Shown: positions 52,773 through 64,000 of the stretch, piece by piece
Layout: every line of letters begins with the position of its first letter
Position numbering within the stretch: the first letter of the stretch is position 1
Source of the DNA: Amoebidium appalachense
Taxonomy: Eukaryota; Protista; Ichthyosporea
Direction: 5' to 3'
Assembly (NCBI GenBank): GCA_963693365.1
Contig: CAVNZM010000005.1
Coordinates: forward strand, 11,989,728-12,053,727
Length of the DNA stretch: 64,000 nucleotides
Program-made: the position numbers and the translations under genes
Notes under the pieces: generated by a model
Seen by the model: only the letters and a program-made list of their open reading frames with translations
The model's database searches: none
What the model was told of the DNA's origin: nothing

Positions 52773-54713
52773 TTTTCATAAATTCTATTTACAACGCACA
52801 TAATTATGCTTCGTGTTTTATCAAAAGTAATGGAGAATGTTTTGCTTTTATAAGGTACCTTTTACCACAAAATGGGCTAATATTAGTAGCTATGTAGGCA
52901 GTCTACGTAGCGCTCGGTATATGTATCCTAGGTGACAGTGCATGTGAAAGCAGTGCACGTGTTGTAGAACACGACCATGTAAATGCATAAAGCTTCAATT
53001 TGTTTCACATTTCTTCTCCCTTTTCTTCGCTTTATGGTTTCTTCCCTACACCATTTGGTGCTTCATTGGGTACTAGATTCGAAAAGTCTGACTGGCGCGG
53101 ACCGGGCAAGGAAGCAGGTTATATACAAAAGCTAGATTCCAAATGGCGGGCAGGACCCGGCAGGTGGTTTTGTCGAGCCAATCCGATCGTTTCATTTTCA
53201 TATACCCTTTTTTGGATTTGGTTTGAGCATTTGCATTGAGAGAGAGATTGGCACACACCTTCCTGCACAGGGCCAAGGCTTCGAATTCAGGCTCCACAGC
53301 GGGTACTGAACTGTCTTGCTTTAACAGATACTATAGTGATAGCAGACGAGCACTTTATGTTGCCCTATATATTTATTTAATTTTAATTATAACTATGTAT
53401 CCAGGCCATATTGACCATGGTTATTAGAACGGTATTGTATGTAGCCACATGGTGCCGCTTTGTACAGGATCTTTGCCGGTGCTTTCCATTCATTCCAGAA
53501 CCGACAGAATTCGATCACAGGAATTTGGCGCTAAGATTAGTAGCATGACTTTCGATCAATCTTGTCTGGCCAGCAAGATCTTAGATCAGCATCCCGACCC
53601 TGTAAGTTACTATTATGGCATCTGCCACGTTCAACTGTGGCCTCAGCCGCCGTATGACCGAGTCAGTACTCTATTTTTCAAGGGTATGAGTTTACGCGTG
53701 ATCAGTCGCTTCAGAAGGAGAGTTTTGTCAGCCTTGAAAAATAAGAGCTACCTCCAAAGGTAGCAGAGTTATCATAGTGCCGCACTGGGCCGACTGCCGA
53801 CTATTACTCCGAAAAAGACACTTTCAGAGCTATCTCATAACTGAGGCTGATCATTTGACTCCTTTATATTTTGGGCTGTCAAAGCCTGACTCAAACGTTC
53901 ACCCTAGGCCTCCGAGTCCTCGAGCCCGGGCCCCCGGCGACGTGCGCCCCCCGGCCACCCTCCTCCCCCTTCGGATCCCCTTCCAACCCCCCTCCCCCTC
54001 CCCCCCTCCTCGATCGCCCTCCCCCCGCCCCCCCCCCCCCCCCCCCCCCCCCCCTCCCCCCCCCCCCCAGGGGCCTTGCCGTATTATCTATAGGAGACCA
54101 ACACACATGAAGGCTTCACCGAATGACACACCGTCAGCGAGGGCAACGTCAGATCTGAACAACCGTCAGACTCAGTGAGCCGGGACCAGCTGCAACCATT
54201 ATTGCACAACCTAAGCAGTACGGCTGCAGTTAATCACTGATCAGCTGCAGCGGCTGCGCGCGCAGCAGGCAGCGCTACTAATAAAAAAACAAAACAATAA
54301 AAAGTAACTAGTAAACGTTTTGGTAAAACAAACAAAAAAGTAGGAATATCATAAAACAAAAAATGCCGGAAAATATTGTACTGCCAGAGTATGTACAGTA
54401 GTCCATCGGAGCTACTAACGTGATAGGTGCAAATTTCTCCCAAGACTAAAAATAGCATTTGGCGAAGAATGAACAAAAGCCCGATCTGATTCGTCAACTT
54501 GGGCTCGGAATGAATCAACAAACGTGCGGATTGGTGCACCTTCGGACTCTTGACATATGATTGGTTAATCACTATTTCACCACCCCCACCTGGTATATAG
54601 ACCTTGTAAACATTCAGGACACAAGTCTTGAATTCACAGTCGTGCAGACCCCTGAGACATCTGAGAAATTTCGTAGCACAAATAAAATATTAGAGAGCAT
54701 CGGATTTTTCATA

Positions 54714-57279
<2,566 letters not shown>

Positions 57280-58109
57280 CAGGCCTAGACGTATATGTTC
57301 TCCGACATCAAACTGCTAATGAGCTACAAATGACCTGTTGAATGTATATATGATAATGTATTTATGTATGAAAATGTCGAAGGTCGTCTCCCTGTTGAAG
57401 TGACGGTACTAGTATGATGGTATGCCGTTGTCGATAAGAGACTTATTTTACAGACCATGATATGAAAGGTTGTACCGTAGCGACCGTTCTAAGTGTTTGT
57501 GACTACACCTTTTTTCTTTCTTTAAATTAGTCATTCCTGGCTCAATAAAAGCTCCAAATTTCTGAAAGCTGAAGCCAAAATCCTTGAGGAGCCGACATGT
57601 ATATACGCAGTCTGTGCGTTGCAGATGTGAATCGTGCGCACTTTTCAGCCTATATATCTATGGTCTTCAGAATTAACCTTTATGTAAAGCCAATATCATA
57701 CAATGCATATTAATAACAAACTACTTGAATCCCCCATATTCCCCTATCCCCCCCCCCCCCCCCCCCCCCCCCAACTTACATCATATTGCACTTCTACATA
57801 TCAAGAGATGTCGAAATTTGGGTCCCCCTCCCCCCACAACATCCCCGCCCCCTCCCCCCCCCCCCCCCCCCCCTCCCTCCCCTCCCCCCCCCCCCCCCCC
57901 CCCCCCCCAGCAGCCCCCCCTCCCCCCTTCTTCCCTCCCCTCTCGCCCACACACACATATATACACAAAGACACTCCCAGCTGCCCTCCGTGCCCCCTTT
58001 CCCCTCCTCCTTCTTTCCCCTCATGAGTGTACCGAAACACCCCTCACACCTTTGAACTTCCTCACACACTCCACATTGGGTGGCACTCTCCCGTGTATGC
58101 ACTACATAT

Positions 58110-58192
<83 letters not shown>

Positions 58193-58272
58193 CTCATATG
58201 TTTGTGCTTTGATCTGCCTCTGGACGTCATGGGGAACAGGTAAGGACAGTTTTGAAGCCCCCCCTCCACCCC

Positions 58273-58303
<31 letters not shown>

Positions 58304-58376
58304 ACCTCCCCCCCTGTTTCCTTTTTTTTTGGCAAGGCCCCCGGGGGGGGGGAGGGAGGAAGGGGGGGAGGGAGGG

Positions 58377-58408
<32 letters not shown>

Positions 58409-59552
58409 GCTAAGGGGAGGGTGTCAAAGTGGAGCCCGGGTACTTTTTTACAACTTAATGCGAACGTATGCAGCACAGGAGATGATACCATGAAACATTA
58501 AACCCTAAGCGAAATCACATAGCATGTGGTAGATGATACCAATAAGATCTATCCACTGATGATTATGCCAAAACATAACTAAGACGTATCCATCTTCAAG
58601 TCTAGTCCCGATCAGAAATATTCCCCTCCCCTCCCCCCCCTCCCTCCCGCCCCCTCCTCCTCCCTCTCTCCCCCCCCCCCCCCCCCCCCTCTCCCCACGA
58701 CCCTCACGCATTTTTTGTGCGTAAGTCGCTAAAAACCCACTCATCGAATAATAATCTAGAAGTACTGAGTCAAGGAATTTGCGTGACCAGTCAAAGACCC
58801 CGCTATGGAATTTATACCGGGTTAAGAAAAAAAAGAGCCATGCAACGGCTGCTAATTTGAGAAGAATCCTTCGGAGGTTCAGCCCGCAATAGTTTTAAAA
58901 ATAAGTTCTGATATTGGCGGATCACCCGGTTTCCATTTCATATCATCTATCATCATCAGAAAGTGGCAACAAGAATATTTGTGCAGAGTCATCCCCATAC
59001 ATAGTATTATAATCCATTCGACAGTCGACTGAAAAGAGATCAAAAACAAAAATTCTATATAAAAAAGAAGAAAAGAAAAAAGAAAATGGCTACTTTAACG
59101 TAACCGTACGTGACCTCCTCCCCCCTCCCCCTCCCTTTTCCTCCTCTCCCCACAAGAAAAGAAACTTTCTGATTAATTTTGAAGGCCTCCCCCCTCCCCC
59201 TCCCCCGGCTTCCCCCTATATCCGGAGTTCTATTTCTTTAATCAGTACTAATTACTATAGGCTACCCCCCCCCCCCTCCCCCCTGGGATCCGGAGTTCCT
59301 CTCCTCAAAATAAAAAATACTACCCCGTCCCCCCCCCCCCCCCCCTCCCACCGTCCCCAGGCCCTCCCTAGGTCCTGCATTCTAATATGTACCCCCCTTC
59401 CAATCCTCCCTCTCCCACCCACTCCCGGACCGGGGTGGGTGCGAGGGTGGGTGGTGTGTGTGTGTGTGTGTGCGTTTTGGTGTAGGGGAGGGGGGGGGGG
59501 AAGAGCGAGAGAGAGTGAGAGATTGAGAGGGGGGGGGGGGGGGGAGAGAGAG

Positions 59553-59592
<40 letters not shown>

Positions 59593-59638
59593 AAGAGAGA
59601 CAGAGAGGGAGGGAGAAAGAGAGAGAGAGAGAGAGAGG

Positions 59639-59726
<88 letters not shown>

Positions 59727-59797
59727 TGTGTGTGTGTGAGTGTGTGTGTGTATGTGCATGCATGTGTGGGTGGGTGGCTGTGTGGGTGGCTGTGTCG

Positions 59798-60110
59798 TGT
59801 AAGACGGACCCGCACGTAGTGCCGGGCCGCTTACGAGTGTGTGGATCTATCATACGAGTGCCTTAATTGCTGATCAATTAGTGGTTGCACGAGAGGTATA
59901 AATACCCAGTGCGCCACACTCTCAGACAGATTGAGTACGTATACCGCACGGTTACAGTCAGAGTACGAGAGGGAGTGAAACCACAGCTAGGGCCTCACAC
60001 GACTGCACTATTAAAGATGCACCTGAACCGTGTACTGGCCCAAGTGTCCCACCTACTCACACCTCAATCTCACATCTCCGACCACGGTACCATCTCACAT
60101 TCATCTTACA
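59798..60110 (+). mobile_element. Probable LTR (313 bp) of an LTR retrotransposon
   Basis: Termini TGTAAGA...TCTTACA (7-bp inverted TG...CA), TATAAATA at 59897, ATTAAA at ~60010, followed immediately by TTGG (PBS-like start). No TSD seen. Confidence 0.6.
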
Positions 60111-60237
60111 TTGGGTCCTGCCGCGGTCGCCAATGTGAGATGAATGTGAGATGGTACCGTGGTCGGAGATGTCAGGTGCATCTTTTATAGTGCAGTCGTG
60201 TGAGGCCCTAGCTGTGGTTCCACTCCCTCTCGTACTC
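59961..60237. repeat. Long inverted repeat / foldback hairpin
   Basis: Arms 59961-60114 and 60130-60237; ~108 paired positions with 3 mismatches, a 46-nt bulge (60027-60072) and a 15-nt loop. Confidence 0.92.
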
Positions 60238-60464
60238 AGGGCGGTTTCCTATTGAAACGTCGTTTTTGGATAACGGTCTCTTTTGTTCTTTTTGCAATCC
60301 TGCTCACGTGCATGAAGAAAATTGACAAGTTGGCCTACACATAATCAGCCTCAATCATGTTTTTGTTCTACTTCATGGTTCTTGCCCTACTCTTTTTCTT
60401 TGCACCGGCACCCTCTCTGGACCCGTGTGGGCAGTTTGACATCCCGGGCCAATGTGACGTGAAG
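60238..60464 (+). pseudogene. Third Aa_trans fragment (3' part of exon 2 plus its donor)
   Basis: [72 protein letters not shown]|gtactg; contains an in-frame TAA and is 5'-truncated at the hairpin. Confidence 0.85.
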
Positions 60465-61212
60465 GTACTGCATCTCCTTCCCCCTCCCCTTCCCACAACA
60501 GTTACTACAAACTGTTACAACCTCAGTGACATCAGTGACCCCCCCCCCCCCCCCCCCCCCCGGGGGCCCTCCCTGTCTCCCCCCCTACCCCCCTTCCCCT
60601 CCTGGCCCCGTCCTAGACCACCACTGCTGCCGTGCGGCACTCTCCTATGCCACGGTGTGCATTGTGTGCACGTGTGTGTGTGTGTGGATGAGCCTACATA
60701 TCTTTTTGTGTTTTTTTATTGATCTTTTGTTGTCATTGCGGACAGGTAGGGACTGTTTAAATGCCTCCCCCCTCCCCCCTCCTCCCCCTCCCCCCTCCCC
60801 TCGGAGACTCTCCCTCTCCCTTTCTTCCTCTCTCTCCCTCTCCCTCTCCCTCCCTCCCTCTCTCTCCCTCTCCATTCCCCCCCCCCCCCTCCCCCCCCTC
60901 TCTCTCTCCCCAATTCTCCCCGCCCCCCTTCCTCCCCCTCTCTCTTTTAGGTTGGGGTCGAGGGAGGGGGTGAAGGGGGGGGGGGGGGGGGGGAGTTCTA
61001 AAGTGGAGCCTTGACACTTTTCACAACTCCGAATCGAATGTATGCACAGGGGATACAAATGAAATTTGGAAAATACATGCATCTACACTTACGACATTTG
61101 ATAGCATGCGTTAGGTATATCAAAAAACCTATACAGGATTGTGCAAAAAAATTATCGCTCAGATGTGTCCATCTTCAAGCCTTCCGGATCCTGGATTGAA
61201 GTCTTTCCCCTC

Positions 61213-61253
<41 letters not shown>

Positions 61254-61904
61254 CCCCCGGCCCTGTCACCCCCTCCCCCGTCCCCCCCCCCTCCCCCCCC
61301 CCTCTCCCCTTGCGCGGGCGTGGCTTTATATTTTGTCCATCGTGCTAGAACAGTACATGAATCATTCAGAGCTACTCGAAATCGGTATAATTGAAAGGAG
61401 CCCAGAAGAGTTTTCAAGAAAAAAATTCCGCATTTTTCTTTCCGTGGTCGACCGGGTCCTTGTAAGATTTTCCCTTCCACATCGTCATAGAGACTCTCTG
61501 TGACAACAAGCATGACTGCATGACTGCACAGAGCATGGCATATGTTATCAACCAATGAATTAGTCGTTTCACTGAAAGTTCCTTTAATCATTAGAATATA
61601 CTATATGTATTGAAGTAGGCGAGATTCGAAAGGGGTAGAAGCCTAACCCCCCTCTCCCCCCCCCCAAAAAAAATAAAAACAAACAAACAAATAAATAAAT
61701 AAATAAATATGATAAGTAAACAAAATAAAATAGAATATCTCCGAGGGCCTTCCCCACGGCTCTCCGAGCACCAAACACTTTAATCCATCCGACGGCCACT
61801 GACCTCATTAACAAGAGATGACAACCCAAAAAACAATTCCAAAAATTTGGAAGAAGAAAGTAAAAAGAAAAAACTGCTGTAACGTTTTTGTGCATGTCGT
61901 TTAT

Positions 61905-61993
<89 letters not shown>

Positions 61994-62169
61994 ACACAAA
62001 CACCCACCCATCCACCCACCCACCCCCACCCCCTCCCTACCGCCACCCCTTTTTAACCTCCTCTCCCCACAAAAAAGAGAATTTTCTCATCCTCCCCCCC
62101 CCCCCCCCCCCCCTCCCGTCTCCTCCTATCCGCAGTTCGGAACCTTCCCTTCAAGATAACTACTACTAT

Positions 62170-62217
<48 letters not shown>

Positions 62218-62639
62218 TTCATAGGGCTTCCCATCTATAAAGCCTCCCCCTTCGAATCATCCCTTCAACCCCCCACTCCCGGACCGCGCCCCCCGACAAG
62301 TTCGGAATTCAATACTCTCGGATAACTGGTTGGTCGAAAGTCTCTTACCTGTAGTGCCTATCTTTGGTCAGCCCACCCCCGGTGACCCCTCGGGCCCCAA
62401 CCCACCACACCCCCGCCACCACACACTGTGACACACCCGACTACACAACCGGAGACAAAAGAAAGTAGAAAGAGTCTCCAATAAAAGAAAACACTGCGAA
62501 TCCGAAACACACAAACACACAATCTCATAGTGTACCTTTGTATTTTAGCACACCGACCCTTTTACGGTAAGGTGAATTTGGGCTGTACAAATATACTAGA
62601 ATGGACGGGTGATCCTCTCTTAAAGTATACCTTTATAAA

Positions 62640-63200
62640 TCCAGATTCTCAATCGCCAATGGAACACCATTGATGACGGTTACTATCTTTATTTGGTTAT
62701 CTAATACCTTATTTTGGAAATTGTAGACTACAATAACAACACATCTTTGTAATATCTTTAACGACAGCGACAGGGACTGCATACCGAGTTTGACCAGAAA
62801 CCTGTTCACAAAACATGGAAAGGTACAGTTGAAAAGTGGTCGACGTTAATTGCAAATCGAAAAGAGTTGACAGTATAAAGGAGCTCCTCTTACATTCAAA
62901 GAAATTTAAGGACTTTTGCTCGAACTATTAGATTCCTTTTTATGAGGTTACGCTCAATCCAACTGCATGTTTTGTGCTGGCAAAATCGAGACACCATAAC
63001 AAGTGGATTCACCGCCGTTATCCGACCGAGTTTCCCACTGGCAGGCTACTCCACTTGGGTTCATATCAAGTATACAATAACGTCACCCGTTCAAAGTGCG
63101 CACGCACTTTCATCTACCTCACCACCGACAGGAAAATGGTATGGTTCTTTGCAAGCAAGGTGACCTTGCAGCTTTTGCATCACTTCTCTATTCCTCTTGA
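62640..63200 (+). mobile_element. Degenerate retroviral-type (DDE) integrase fragment
   Basis: Across frameshifts, in the correct order: YLILEIVDY; LFTKHG; S(D)KGAPLTSKKFKDFCSNY*I; QVYNNVTRSKCARTFIYLTTDRKM. These resemble the Y.L.IVD, SD.G..F.S..F..FC and YNN..HS....TPF.L..GR motifs of Ty3/gypsy- or Polinton-type integrases. Confidence 0.5.
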
Positions 63201-64000
63201 GTTAGAGCACATTACCCATGTGAAAGAAAAGTCTTCTATTGCTACCCATAGAATGGGACACGACTGACTGCCAGTCCAACTTTTTAGCGATTACACTTTG
63301 TCGCCGCATGTGCAGTTCCCCATAGCGCGGGTGATTGGGTGATGGACTTCACTTTTTTTTTGATCGAATTTTGAAACGTGAACTTGTGTGCAGAATGGCA
63401 ACGGCGCACGCCAAGGCAGAGACCTGCAGCGGTTTGACGGCACACGCAGGCTGACTGCCGGCTGTGTGTGCATAACCACAAGTGGACAGGTCCCTGTCCC
63501 TTCCCCCCCCCCCCCCCCCTCCCCCTCCCCATCACCCCCCCGCCCCCCCCCCCCCCCCCCCCCCCCCCTTCCCCCCCGGGACCCCCAGGGCTGCCCCCTA
63601 ACCCTTGCTTCCCCAGCTCCCTCTTTATGGCTTCTTACCCTTCAGCTATGTAATTTCCTTTCCATTTCAGCAGCACGCCTTGCATAGTGCTGCAGTGGCT
63701 CTTCCTGAGTGTTTCTTTCTTGAAAACATCATGACTGCTTGCACACCTAACTAATGCTCATCTCTGGTTGGCACATGCAAGAATTGGTACTATTGTAAGT
63801 TTTTCTGGGCAGAGTGACGATAGAATATAAGGCAGCAGAGATGTCTGTGCTTCCAAGTTCAAGTTTAACGTGAATGCAGACACACAACGTGTACTTGATT
63901 GCTTCCAGACATTCACACATACAGACCCGTATTGCTATAAAAAACTAAGTCTGCTATCTTTGACGGTTCCGTCACAAAAAACTGATGCATCTTCACGATT

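Overview
Intron-rich eukaryotic genomic DNA, probably from a unicellular opisthokont (an ichthyosporean-like holozoan is my guess; the sequence alone does not prove it). Introns and intergenic DNA are packed with poly-C/poly-G tracts and (CA)n, (CT)n and (GTT)n microsatellites, which generate most ORFs in the six-frame track as artefacts. I assembled these genes by hand: a 2-exon RGS+C1 signalling protein, an F-box protein, an intronless PRELI/Ups2-like lipid-transfer protein, a 5-exon C8orf82/UPF0598 homologue, a ~19-exon SUZ12 (PRC2) gene, an unknown multi-exon gene, and an Aa_trans (SLC38/AVT) transporter with an inverted pseudogene copy and a third fragment. The most interesting signal is a family of near-identical, 3'-coterminal, variably 5'-truncated retro-inserts that sit inside poly-C tracts, a candidate poly(C)-targeting non-LTR retrotransposon. 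Next is an LTR-like element folded back on itself at its PBS, giving a ~108-bp-stem hairpin. The splicing architecture is also unusual: acceptors formed by the end of (CA)n arrays, 32-40 nt micro-introns and GC donors. All gene models are manual and unverified by RNA data, and homopolymer/microsatellite sequencing errors are likely.
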